Source of the DNA: a virus
Taxonomy: Duplodnaviria; Caudoviricetes
Strand: one strand, 5' to 3'
IMG/VR virus record: IMGVR_UViG_3300027813_002889
Coordinates: 1-29,940 of that record
DNA: 29,940 nucleotides
A program made the position numbers and the translations under genes. The notes under the pieces were generated by a model. It ran no database searches and was not told the DNA's origin. It saw nothing but the letters and a program-made list of their open reading frames with translations. This document shows, in pieces, positions 16,093-24,387 of the stretch (positions within the stretch are counted from its first letter, which is position 1; every line of letters begins with the position of its first letter).

Positions 16093-17166
16093 CTTTTCTA
16101 AACGCTTCTCTAAGCGTTTTAATTCACTAAACGCAAACTTAACAAGTACTTCATAATTATAATCAACTATCTCTTGCATTTTATTATAGTGCTTTGGCAC
16201 TTTACTTAATAACTTTTCTGCTGTTGATACAAGCATATTTGAATATGCATCTGTAATATCCCAATTCGAATCGTATCCTTCATCTATAAAATCATCAAAC
16301 GTTTTAAAGCCGTTTGCACGAAGATGTGCTAATGCAGGGAAAGATGCTCTTATAACAAATAGTGATCTATTTAAAATTGGTCTATATATTTTTTCTGTAA
16401 AGAATACAGAGCTATCAGTTTCGTGTGTTTCACAAATAAAACTTACAGTTGATTCGTCATATGCCTTAGTAGAGCTACCCCAACCTTGACTTGATATTCC
16501 TTGATCTAAATTAAATGTTTTTGCTTCGTCTATTGGACCTTGGTGTTTTTTAATAAACTGTTTTAACTGCGGATTATCAGTTTCAAAGGTTCCAAGAAAA
16601 CTATATAATGTAGTATCTGTTAACTTGCTCTTAAAAAAAGCTTCTATTATTTTACTTCTTGAAGGTTTATTAACTTTTCCTAATAGAAGATTACATCTAT
16701 TAATCCTTTTTGATAATAGCTTATTACTTATAGGTGTATGGAATGTAAGATGTCTTATTACTGCCGAAATTGCAAAGAAATCAATAAAAATTATACTTTG
16801 AAAATCTCGCATTCCGCTTTTATTCATTACAGTTAGAATATCTTTAGACTTTATACCATGTTGTTTTATATCAGCTACTTTTTTAAAATATTTTTTTTCT
16901 TGTATACCATTTTCATATGCTATGTCTATAATAACCTTTGTTGCAAGATTTTTATTTTTTCTATAATTTATAATTCTTGCTGGTAAAATAGAATTTTCTA
17001 TATTAGAATCTATTATAAAAAGGGTGCCGTTATACTTCTTTGCTTCTTTAGTAGTCTTAAGAAATTTTTCTTGTGGAAGTATTCCTGAGAGAAGGTTGCA
17101 ATTTACATATCCAAATACATTTTCAAATCCAGATTTATTAAGTTCAAAAAACTTATAATTAATCAT
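16078..17166 (-). CDS. Hypothetical protein, possibly glycosyltransferase-like
   Basis: 362-aa ORF with C-terminal ICET...FFTEKIYRPI...L..NGFKTF...DEGYD pattern; conspicuously AT-rich. Confidence 0.6.
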   Translation of the reverse strand: MINYKFFELNKSGFENVFGYVNCNLLSGILPQEKFLKTTKEAKKYNGTLFIIDSNIENSILPARIINYRKNKNLATKVIIDIAYENGIQEKKYFKKVADIKQHGIKSKDILTVMNKSGMRDFQSIIFIDFFAISAVIRHLTFHTPISNKLLSKRINRCNLLLGKVNKPSRSKIIEAFFKSKLTDTTLYSFLGTFETDNPQLKQFIKKHQGPIDEAKTFNLDQGISSQGWGSSTKAYDESTVSFICETHETDSSVFFTEKIYRPILNRSLFVIRASFPALAHLRANGFKTFDDFIDEGYDSNWDITDAYSNMLVSTAEKLLSKVPKHYNKMQEIVDYNYEVLVKFAFSELKRLEKRLEKLSRS

Positions 17167-17522
17167 TAAATACCTGCTAGAGTTATAATAATATAATATC
17201 CTAAATAATGAAACATTTGATCAACCATATTTAATAGCCAATACTTACGTTCGTTTGCCACCCATCCAAAATATTCTCGTATATGGGTCTTAGAATAGTC
17301 TGTATGCCAGTGTAGTATGTAATCAAGGAAGCCAAGTGCTACAGCAAGCTCTAAGGGCCCGTATAGAGCAAGTATAAGCACAGTTAAAGCGCCATGCGGT
17401 ATATAATGTTGCTGATGTGCTTTCCATCCGAAGTATTGAAGTTTAATATTCCCTAACCCAAAAGGTTGCATACCCAAATCAACTATGGCATGTTTAATCA
17501 TCAATAAAAGAAATATTTCCAA
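17166..17522 (-). CDS. DUF3307-like membrane protein
   Basis: KH..D...Q, H...H, HW..D..K and DQ..H motifs; TTG start with SD GGAG; TAAATA on the minus strand at 17547-17542. Confidence 0.75.
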   Translation of the reverse strand: MEIFLLLMIKHAIVDLGMQPFGLGNIKLQYFGWKAHQQHYIPHGALTVLILALYGPLELAVALGFLDYILHWHTDYSKTHIREYFGWVANERKYWLLNMVDQMFHYLGYYIIITLAGI

Positions 17523-17561
17523 CTTATGTCTCCGTTCGCTCTATTTAACCAAACATAGCTC

Positions 17562-17590
17562 TTGACATATACTAAGTATGATAGTAAACT
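17562..17590 (+). promoter_or_regulatory. sigma70-type promoter
   Basis: TTGACA-17-TAAACT. Confidence 0.6.
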
Positions 17591-17629
17591 ATTATTAAAA
17601 ATTAGGTAATAATTTATCTAGGAGTAAGT

Positions 17630-17821
17630 ATGTTACATAAAGTTAGTGAAGTATGTGATCTAATCAACGTAATACACGAGAAAAGTGAGGAATGTCGGAA
17701 GTTAAAATATGATAACCCAAAAACACCTGAAAGAGATCAGGAAATTGATATTTTAATTGCAGACATTCAATCGATGTGTAGACAAGTTGCTGAAGATAAG
17801 CAACCCTACGAAAAAAGATAG
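17630..17821 (+). CDS. Hypothetical small helical protein
   Basis: SD AGGAG and its own promoter; 63 aa. Confidence 0.7.
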   Translation: MLHKVSEVCDLINVIHEKSEECRKLKYDNPKTPERDQEIDILIADIQSMCRQVAEDKQPYEKR

Positions 17822-18219
17822 CTAGTAGGGGTCGTCGGCTTTGTTGTTGCCAATCCAATAAAGTCTTTAACAAATACAAAATGAGTGCTTAATGAGTCAA
17901 ACAGTTCAGTATTCAGACCTGTTGTCATTTGACCATAACTAGATTTGCCAATTTCTACATAGTATTCTGTATTACCAAATTCAGGAAATACACCTGTAAC
18001 AAAAAGACACGTGTCGCCTAGTTCTTTAGCATTACGACTTGACTTAATTGTTAAGTAAGATTCAGCAAAGGACCTTTTAGGTAGGAAATCGTTATGGTCA
18101 ATATGGCTTGCTAAAAGCATAACAATGTATGCTTCGATCTCTTCCGGCAAGCATACGCCATTATGTTCCTGAGTTTCTTTTATTACGCGATAAAATGCTG
18201 TTTGATAAACATCCCTCAT
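17806..18219 (-). CDS. Hypothetical phage protein
   Basis: 137-aa ORF (ELGDTCLFVTGVFP); TAAGTA 4 nt before the ATG on the minus strand. Confidence 0.75.
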   Translation of the reverse strand: MRDVYQTAFYRVIKETQEHNGVCLPEEIEAYIVMLLASHIDHNDFLPKRSFAESYLTIKSSRNAKELGDTCLFVTGVFPEFGNTEYYVEIGKSSYGQMTTGLNTELFDSLSTHFVFVKDFIGLATTKPTTPTSYLFS

Positions 18220-18295
18220 ACTGTACTTATCTGTTTTTGGTGAACCATCCTAATAAACTGTTGATTTTATTAGATTTATTTGAAACTAAAAACAG

Positions 18296-18323
18296 TTGAC
18301 TTATAGTTTAATGATGCTATAAT
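18296..18323 (+). promoter_or_regulatory. sigma70-type promoter
   Basis: TTGACT-16-TATAAT with a TG extension. Confidence 0.7.
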
Positions 18324-18350
18324 ACTAAAATAACATATAAGGGGAAAGTC

Positions 18351-18827
18351 ATGAAAGTTACTGTTGCAGGTGGCACCAAAAACCAAAAAAAATACAGTAA
18401 ATCACTGGCCTATTTCTGTGCCAAAAAATTAATGCACAAAAATCTAGCAGATAATATCAGTATACATGTTATTCTTCGAAATAACTTACATACAGAGGAA
18501 AATAATTTAGGTACTGTTATATGGGAAGATGACAGTTACAAGCCTCGTGAATTTACTATGGAAATTGATACTAGTGTAAGATTACGCAGAGTGTTAGAGA
18601 GTGTAGCTCACGAAATGGTACACGTTAAGCAATTTGCCAGAGGTGAAATGCGTGATCTAATGATAGCTGAAAGAGTTTCCTGGTTAGGTGCTAGTTATCA
18701 CAAACATAGCATGGATTACTACGATCAACCCTGGGAAATTGAAGCTCATGGTCGCGAATTAGGACTTTTTATACGCTGGGCAGAAGAACATAAGCTAGGA
18801 AAACAACGGTGGACGTGGGATCAATAA
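18351..18827 (+). CDS. HEXXH zinc metallopeptidase-like protein
   Basis: VAHEMVHVKQ and downstream PWEIEA. Confidence 0.75.
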   Translation: MKVTVAGGTKNQKKYSKSLAYFCAKKLMHKNLADNISIHVILRNNLHTEENNLGTVIWEDDSYKPREFTMEIDTSVRLRRVLESVAHEMVHVKQFARGEMRDLMIAERVSWLGASYHKHSMDYYDQPWEIEAHGRELGLFIRWAEEHKLGKQRWTWDQ

Positions 18828-18843
18828 ACCACTAAATACACGT

Positions 18844-19410
18844 ATGAGCACAAAAAAATACGATCAGTATACAGTACAGGATAGAATCGATGCAAGTTTA
18901 TACGATAATGATATCTATTACTTGTGTGGTGAAATCAACGAAGATTCCGTTGGACCTGCTGTAAAATGGATCTTATCAGCAAACTTACAGAAGAAACCAA
19001 AACGTAAATTAAAACTTTACATAAATTCAACTGGTGGAGATCTGTATGAAGCATTTGCTCTTATTGATACTATGCGTAACAGTTATCATCCAGTTGGTAC
19101 TATTGGACTTGGTGCTATAATGAGTGCAGGCTTTTTAATATTTGCTATGGGCGAACATGGTGAAAGATATATTGGTAAAAATACTGGTATTATGAATCAT
19201 CAACATTCAGATGCACTTGATGCCAAAATGCATGATATGAAAGCCCAAATGAAAGAAAACAATAACTGTGAATTACGCTGTTTAAATATGTTACGTGAAG
19301 CAACAGGAATGGCATTAACTGAAGTACGTAAGAAATTGAACAGTCCTAGTGATCAATACTTTACAGCCAAAAACTTAATAGACCTTAAGATAGCTGACCA
19401 AATTATTTGA
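18844..19410 (+). CDS. clpP: ClpP-family serine protease subunit
   Basis: LYINSTGG; Ser (IMSAG), His (MNHQ) and Asp (SDQYFTA) triad; IADQI. Confidence 0.88.
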   Translation: MSTKKYDQYTVQDRIDASLYDNDIYYLCGEINEDSVGPAVKWILSANLQKKPKRKLKLYINSTGGDLYEAFALIDTMRNSYHPVGTIGLGAIMSAGFLIFAMGEHGERYIGKNTGIMNHQHSDALDAKMHDMKAQMKENNNCELRCLNMLREATGMALTEVRKKLNSPSDQYFTAKNLIDLKIADQII

Positions 19411-19418
19411 GTTTTCGG

Positions 19419-19447
19419 TTGACATGCTAAGTTAATGATGTTATTAT
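19419..19447 (+). promoter_or_regulatory. sigma70-type promoter
   Basis: TTGACA-17-TATTAT with a TG extension. Confidence 0.7.
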
Positions 19448-19456
19448 AATAATAAT

Positions 19457-19478
19457 AATTAGGCAATAGTGAGGCAAA
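19457..19478 (+). repeat. 22-nt leader element, copy 1
   Basis: AATTAGGCAATAGTGAGGCAAA, 21/22 identical to 24771-24792. Confidence 0.8.
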
Positions 19479-19479
19479 C

Positions 19480-20190
19480 ATGAAAACAACAATTACAACA
19501 GAATTACCAATACTTGATGTTTTAGCTACATCATTTGCCGCACATCGAATTAATAATAGTTATTGCAAGGAAACTAGACGTTTTAGTGATAACTTAACTA
19601 AGTTTGCTAATAAAGAATTAATGCAGTACAAATTAAATACAGACCAATTTTTACCAGAGGACTACAAAGGCTTTAGAGTTACACAGGCAGATAGAAAAAC
19701 AGCAGAAGAGGCAATCAATTGGTTACAGAAAGATAATGCTTTAGATATTATTGCAGACAGATTATCAGATTTTATGCAATCAGTAATGCATTATATTTCA
19801 AGTGAAAAAGTAACCCCTAATACCTACGGTGTTGTTGCTGTAGTTCCTAAAGTATATTTTGAGGGATCTAAAAAGAAAATTCTTAAAAAGGAATTGAAAA
19901 ATAGTTTTAGTGAAAGTAAACATGTTGGGGCAGTAGGCGAAACTATTCAAGGTATGTTTACTCTTAATGAAGCAAGATTTATCGAAAAGTACGGATGTCA
20001 TGTTTTTAACGGATATATAGATAGTAATCTTATAAGTTTTTTTAAAAATATTGATCAGACACAAGTTGTACCAGAAGCAGGAACAACATTTAAAATTAAA
20101 GGTAAAGTTAGAAGATGCGGGGAAAACTTTATTACAAAGTTACCCGAAACACAATTAAATTATGCAAGATTTAAAGTTAATAATAAATAA
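19480..20190 (+). CDS. Hypothetical protein with a possible C-terminal OB-fold
   Basis: 236-aa ORF; SKHVG.VGE...IKGKV...ETQLNY pattern. Confidence 0.7.
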   Translation: MKTTITTELPILDVLATSFAAHRINNSYCKETRRFSDNLTKFANKELMQYKLNTDQFLPEDYKGFRVTQADRKTAEEAINWLQKDNALDIIADRLSDFMQSVMHYISSEKVTPNTYGVVAVVPKVYFEGSKKKILKKELKNSFSESKHVGAVGETIQGMFTLNEARFIEKYGCHVFNGYIDSNLISFFKNIDQTQVVPEAGTTFKIKGKVRRCGENFITKLPETQLNYARFKVNNK

Positions 20191-20253
20191 TAGTAATAAA
20201 ATGAAGTTCGACTATACAAAAGAAAAGAGTACTACTGGCACAGGAGCTGAAAA

Positions 20254-20478
20254 ATGTCTGAAAATGCAAAGTGGAAAGAACCCAACTATATTACAATGGA
20301 TGATGCCCTTGAAGACGACGATTGGGGGCTTATTATTACTGAAAGTGGTGACCTTAAAGGATTGTATATTCCGAAAGGTAAAGAAGAAGATAGAGTACCA
20401 GTTGCAATCCAAGATATATGTGAAGCGTTTTTTGGAGTCGACTGGCAAGACGATGATAAATTTCAAACAATACACTAA
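20254..20478 (+). CDS. Hypothetical acidic small protein
   Basis: SD AGGAG; 74 aa; fits between neighbours without overlap. Confidence 0.75.
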   Translation: MSENAKWKEPNYITMDDALEDDDWGLIITESGDLKGLYIPKGKEEDRVPVAIQDICEAFFGVDWQDDDKFQTIH

Positions 20479-20490
20479 ACAAGGAGTAGC

Positions 20491-20688
20491 ATGGAAGTAA
20501 TAGTAAGAAATGGAAACGTAGAGAAAGCATTACGTGTCTTAAAAAATAAGATAAAAAAAGATGGCCTTATGACAGAACTACGTGAACGGATGCACTACGT
20601 TAAACCTAGTGAAAAACGAAGACTCGCTAAAAAACGTGGCATTAAACGTGTTGCTAAAGAACAAGCTAAACGTGACGAACTAACGTAG
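20491..20688 (+). CDS. rpsU: 30S ribosomal protein bS21 (copy 2)
   Basis: MEVIVRNGNVEKALRVLK.K...G...ELRER.HY.KPSEKRR; SD AAGGAG. Confidence 0.93.
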   Translation: MEVIVRNGNVEKALRVLKNKIKKDGLMTELRERMHYVKPSEKRRLAKKRGIKRVAKEQAKRDELT

Positions 20689-20694
20689 GTATAG

Positions 20695-21180
20695 ATGAAG
20701 CTAGTTAAAGATAACGTTGACAAATTCTTTAAGTGGGTAAAAGGTACAGAGCTAGTAGAGTTAGATCATATCGATCCTAGCGAAGATCCTGTACGCCCGG
20801 AACTTGATAGTAAATGGAGAACAAGTCATGGACGTAAAATATACGGCTTGAAGTATGAAGATACAATTGAAGGTATTATTTGTGTAGCATATACAAATGA
20901 TATACCTCATAGTATTAGGGAGTTAGACTTAATGAGTCAAAATGCTAGTCTTCGAAATAATGTCGATACCGTAGTTGCCTATACAGTATGGTCACGTAAA
21001 AGAGGGGCCGGCAAAGAAATAATTGAGAAGCTTAAAGAGTTTGTTAAAACTACTCCAGAAATTACAACACTAGTAACCCTTTCACCCCTTACCCCAATGG
21101 CAACACACTTTCATATCCGCAATGGTGCGAAGTTAAAAGATATTAATACAACAACACAAAACTTTGAATATGAACTATAA
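20695..21180 (+). CDS. GNAT-fold protein resembling the malonyl-CoA decarboxylase catalytic domain
   Basis: AYTVWS...GAG..II, VTLSP and FHIRNGA motifs. Confidence 0.55.
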   Translation: MKLVKDNVDKFFKWVKGTELVELDHIDPSEDPVRPELDSKWRTSHGRKIYGLKYEDTIEGIICVAYTNDIPHSIRELDLMSQNASLRNNVDTVVAYTVWSRKRGAGKEIIEKLKEFVKTTPEITTLVTLSPLTPMATHFHIRNGAKLKDINTTTQNFEYEL

Positions 21181-21203
21181 CCTAAAAAGAGGACTATATT
21201 AAT

Positions 21204-21452
21204 ATGAATCAAATTGGCGAGTCAAGTTTCGATACCCATTGTGAAATTACAAATGAAGAAACTGGTCAAAAAGTTAAAGGAGAAGTACATAACTTTAAAG
21301 AAAAACAATTTTTAAGTGTAGTACTAAATCAAGCTGTTGAAATTAAATTAACGTATAATCCTCGATCTAAAATTTATTATGGAAGTAAGGGAGGAATGGA
21401 TTTTGTTTCAAACGGTCCTGTAGAACATATAGCTCATTTTAGGAGTAGATAA
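21204..21452 (+). CDS. Hypothetical protein
   Basis: SD GAGGA; 82 aa. Confidence 0.7.
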   Translation: MNQIGESSFDTHCEITNEETGQKVKGEVHNFKEKQFLSVVLNQAVEIKLTYNPRSKIYYGSKGGMDFVSNGPVEHIAHFRSR

Positions 21453-21736
21453 TGGATATCAAAGAAACCCTTGCAGACATGAAAGGTATTCCAACACAAG
21501 ATGACCTTGTCAGCACATTACAAGAAAAAACAGCAGTAGTTACGTTCTTAAAATTAGACGGCGATGAACGAATAATGACTTGTACTAAAAGTCTTAAAAT
21601 TATTCCAGAAGAAAGTCATCCTAAAACAGATAAAAAAGTTAAAGAAGGTAATGTTAATGTCTGGGATCTAAATGCTAAAGGTTGGAGGTCATTCAAATAC
21701 GATAGGGTAAAGAAGGTAGAAATTAATGAAGCCTAA
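21452..21736 (+). CDS. WYL_2/DUF2693-like SH3 beta-barrel protein
   Basis: VTF.K.DG..R.M.CT...VWDL...GWRSF..D.V. Confidence 0.75.
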   Translation: MDIKETLADMKGIPTQDDLVSTLQEKTAVVTFLKLDGDERIMTCTKSLKIIPEESHPKTDKKVKEGNVNVWDLNAKGWRSFKYDRVKKVEINEA

Positions 21737-22181
21737 ATTTATTGATGCATATATGGATGTTGCAGAAAGATTCGGAAAGCTATCATCTGCAAGACGATTA
21801 CATGTTGGTGCTATTATTGTTAAAGATAATAGAATTATTTCCATTGGATATAACGGTATGCCTACTGGTTGGGATAATAATTGTGAAGATTCAGTTATGT
21901 GGAATGGAGATGGCAAACAATTGGCAGAGCCTGTACTAAAATCCAAACCTGAAGTACTTCATGCTGAAACTAATGCTATTGCCAAGTTAGCACAGTCAAA
22001 TGACAGTGGATTAAATTCTGCGTTGTTTGTAACACATAGTCCTTGCTTAGAATGTGCTAAATTAATTTATCAAAGCGGGATTACTACAATATACTATAAA
22101 CACAAATACAGAGACAAAGAAGGAGTTGAATTTTTGGAAAAGTGTAAATTAAACGTTCATTGGGTTGAAACTGATGTATGA
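21726..22181 (+). CDS. cd: dCMP deaminase
   Basis: VGAIIVKDNRIISIGYNG.P, LHAETNAI, THSPCLECAK. Confidence 0.93.
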   Translation: MKPKFIDAYMDVAERFGKLSSARRLHVGAIIVKDNRIISIGYNGMPTGWDNNCEDSVMWNGDGKQLAEPVLKSKPEVLHAETNAIAKLAQSNDSGLNSALFVTHSPCLECAKLIYQSGITTIYYKHKYRDKEGVEFLEKCKLNVHWVETDV

Positions 22182-22428
22182 AGCTGGAATTGACGTTGTA
22201 CTTAAAAATCACCCGATTGACAAGTACGAACTAGTTTTTGTGTTACGATATATGATTAGAAACAAACTAGCCAAAGGTCCGAATCATGCATTAACAATGG
22301 TACAAGATCCAGATTTTGATTTGGATGACTTGTTCAGAAAAATGTCTGGTGCTGATGAAGACGAAATAAGTATAAATGATGACGATGATAACGACAAAGA
22401 TAACGAAAATAAAACAGAAGAAACATAA
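22174..22428 (+). CDS. Hypothetical protein with an acidic tail
   Basis: ORF overlapping the deaminase stop; start ATG 22174 or TTG 22165. Confidence 0.6.
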   Translation: MYEAGIDVVLKNHPIDKYELVFVLRYMIRNKLAKGPNHALTMVQDPDFDLDDLFRKMSGADEDEISINDDDDNDKDNENKTEET

Positions 22429-22588
22429 AGATTTTCCAGGCGAATTTATCACTATTAATGTATTAGAGAGAGAAATTGCTTATTACAAAACTCTAATCCG
22501 AGAACATGATACTGGTCATATTCATACTTGCATCAGTTTTCTACAGGAAAGAGTAAATCATTTAAAAGGCGAGTGTGGTCCTGGATAG
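22376..22588 (+). CDS. Hypothetical small protein
   Basis: LEREI.YY...I..HDTGHIHT.I..L..RV; start uncertain. Confidence 0.6.
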   Translation: MMTMITTKITKIKQKKHKDFPGEFITINVLEREIAYYKTLIREHDTGHIHTCISFLQERVNHLKGECGPG

Positions 22589-22604
22589 TTTTAATGTAAA
22601 TTAT

Positions 22605-22678
22605 GCCCCTGTAGCTGAGTGGTTTAGCAAGGTCTTTGTAAGTCCTAGACGGCAGTTCGATCCTGTCCGGGGGCTCCA
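22605..22678 (+). tRNA. tRNA-Thr(UGU)
   Basis: Acceptor GCCCCTG/CGGGGGC, U73, encoded CCA. Anticodon loop TT-TGT-AA; T arm GGCAG-TTCGATC-CTGTC. Confidence 0.9.
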
Positions 22679-22700
22679 AAATAAGGAAGTATAAAATAGT

Positions 22701-23417
22701 ATGGAAATTCCAATGGAAGTGACAAATAAATTACCTGAAATGCCACGTGATGGCTCAATAGACGAAACTGATGGACAAGCTGTTTTTAATTGGGTATTAA
22801 ACGAAATGAGGGCTGGTACTATTGGCTGGTTAAAATTTAATCTAATTTCTATTAAGTCTCGAAGTTTTGTTCCATTACCTTGGCATCATCAAGGACGGAT
22901 TGAAACAGAAAGACTGCATTTGGAGATTCCAGACCTCTATAAAGATAATCAAGGAATTTCAGAATATATTGCTAAAGATGAAGAAGGATGGAAACCTTGG
23001 GATGACTTTCCAGCACCACAGATGTCAGCTTATTTAAATACAGAAATTCCATCTGATACTATTAATCGGGCACGGTACACACGTATCCCACCAAACACTA
23101 CTACGGTGTTACACGAGCCTAGTAAAGATTTAAAATTTGAGAATCTTGAAACAGACATAATAAAAATTCTAATGACACTAGTAATGCCAAACACTAAAAA
23201 GTGTGTGTTAGAAGTTGACGGCTTTGATGCAGTTAATCTACAAGAAGGTATAATATATTTTTTAAATCCGTTTCGAAAACAAAGTTTAAAAAATACTTCC
23301 GATCTTGATTATTCAACACAACTAGATATAGAATTAAAACTAGGTAAGCAATGCTCATCATTTAGCGATGTAATAACTAGGAGTTATTTCCAAGCAATAG
23401 GACACATGCAAAAATGA
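22701..23417 (+). CDS. Divergent Asp/Asn beta-hydroxylase-like (cupin/2OG fold) protein
   Basis: R.RY..I.P.....LH...G..Y..N......N pattern; metal ligands incomplete. Confidence 0.5.
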   Translation: MEIPMEVTNKLPEMPRDGSIDETDGQAVFNWVLNEMRAGTIGWLKFNLISIKSRSFVPLPWHHQGRIETERLHLEIPDLYKDNQGISEYIAKDEEGWKPWDDFPAPQMSAYLNTEIPSDTINRARYTRIPPNTTTVLHEPSKDLKFENLETDIIKILMTLVMPNTKKCVLEVDGFDAVNLQEGIIYFLNPFRKQSLKNTSDLDYSTQLDIELKLGKQCSSFSDVITRSYFQAIGHMQK

Positions 23418-24025
23418 ACAATGGACCAGGAGCAGGATTTTGGATAGACTCTACCGCAAGTAATCGACCATTCTTTTACGGTGTCAAAGACGCCTTAACA
23501 GATGATTTAATTACACAGTTAGATCATTTTGTAGAAAGCGAACACCTTTTACAACAAGGTAAAGTGGTATTAGAAGTTGATGAGCCACAGGATTCACTAG
23601 ACCAGCATAGAATAACAGAAATAGCTTGGATTGATACTAGAACAAACGGAGAAGTATACAATAAGCTAACAGAAGTAATTCATTATGTAAATAATACCTA
23701 TTTTAAATTTAATATTGCATATATTGAAACTCTCCAATATAGTGTATATCCACCAACAGGCCACTATAGATGCCATACGGACGCATCACTTAAAGGATTC
23801 AACGGCTTCGGACGAAAGATATCTTTTTCAATTGGCTTAAATGATCCTAGTGAATACGAAGATGGTGAACTTGAAATTTGGACAGGTGGTGATAACTTTA
23901 AATGTAGATTGGATAAAGGCGAAGCATTATTTTTTCCGTCTTGGATCCCTCATCAGGTACATCCGGTCACAAAAGGCACACGAAAGTCTTTAGTAGGCTG
24001 GGTACATGGACCCGATTTTATATAA
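23414..24025 (+). CDS. 2OG-Fe(II) oxygenase (PKHD/prolyl hydroxylase-like)
   Basis: HTD, RKISFS, YEDGEL, FPSWIPHQV.PV..G.RKSLVGW..GP. Confidence 0.92.
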   Translation: MNNGPGAGFWIDSTASNRPFFYGVKDALTDDLITQLDHFVESEHLLQQGKVVLEVDEPQDSLDQHRITEIAWIDTRTNGEVYNKLTEVIHYVNNTYFKFNIAYIETLQYSVYPPTGHYRCHTDASLKGFNGFGRKISFSIGLNDPSEYEDGELEIWTGGDNFKCRLDKGEALFFPSWIPHQVHPVTKGTRKSLVGWVHGPDFI

Positions 24026-24040
24026 TTGGTTAACTAAAGG

Positions 24041-24069
24041 TTGACTTCTTTATTTAAAGATAGTATAAT
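24041..24069 (+). promoter_or_regulatory. sigma70-type promoter
   Basis: TTGACT-17-TATAAT. Confidence 0.8.
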
Positions 24070-24083
24070 AATAAAACTTGAAC

Positions 24084-24099
24084 AGTACAATATTGTACT
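24084..24099. promoter_or_regulatory. Perfect 16-bp palindrome (candidate operator or 5' hairpin)
   Basis: AGTACAATATTGTACT between the promoter and SD AAGGAGG. Confidence 0.6.
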
Positions 24100-24120
24100 A
24101 CATATAAGGAGGCTCATTAA

Positions 24121-24369
24121 ATGAAGCAAACAATTCAAGACAGCGTGTTGACCGCACTCAAAAACGGTTCAGAACTAACTAGCAAACAGATCGCCAGTAA
24201 ATTTAAAGCAGGCAATCCACAGGCTGTTATCCAGTCTTTAAGGTTTTCAGGTCATGCTGTTTATCTTAATACTAAAAAGAACGGTATTAAGAAGTACCGT
24301 CTTGGTAACCCTAGTAGAGCAGTTGTAGCCGCAGGTTACAAAGCACTTGCTACAGCAACAAGTAAGTAA
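24121..24369 (+). CDS. Small basic winged-HTH-like DNA-binding protein
   Basis: VL.AL..G.ELT.KQI...F...NP...I..LR..G..VY.N...YRLG.PSR; perfect SD. Confidence 0.7.
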   Translation: MKQTIQDSVLTALKNGSELTSKQIASKFKAGNPQAVIQSLRFSGHAVYLNTKKNGIKKYRLGNPSRAVVAAGYKALATATSK

Positions 24370-24387
24370 ATTTTAGCTTAGTTGGAT

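Noticed and set aside
20162-20500. 112-aa plus-strand ORF
   Set aside because: It overlaps three better-supported genes, has no SD and no recognisable motif. The SD-led 20254-20478 ORF is preferred.
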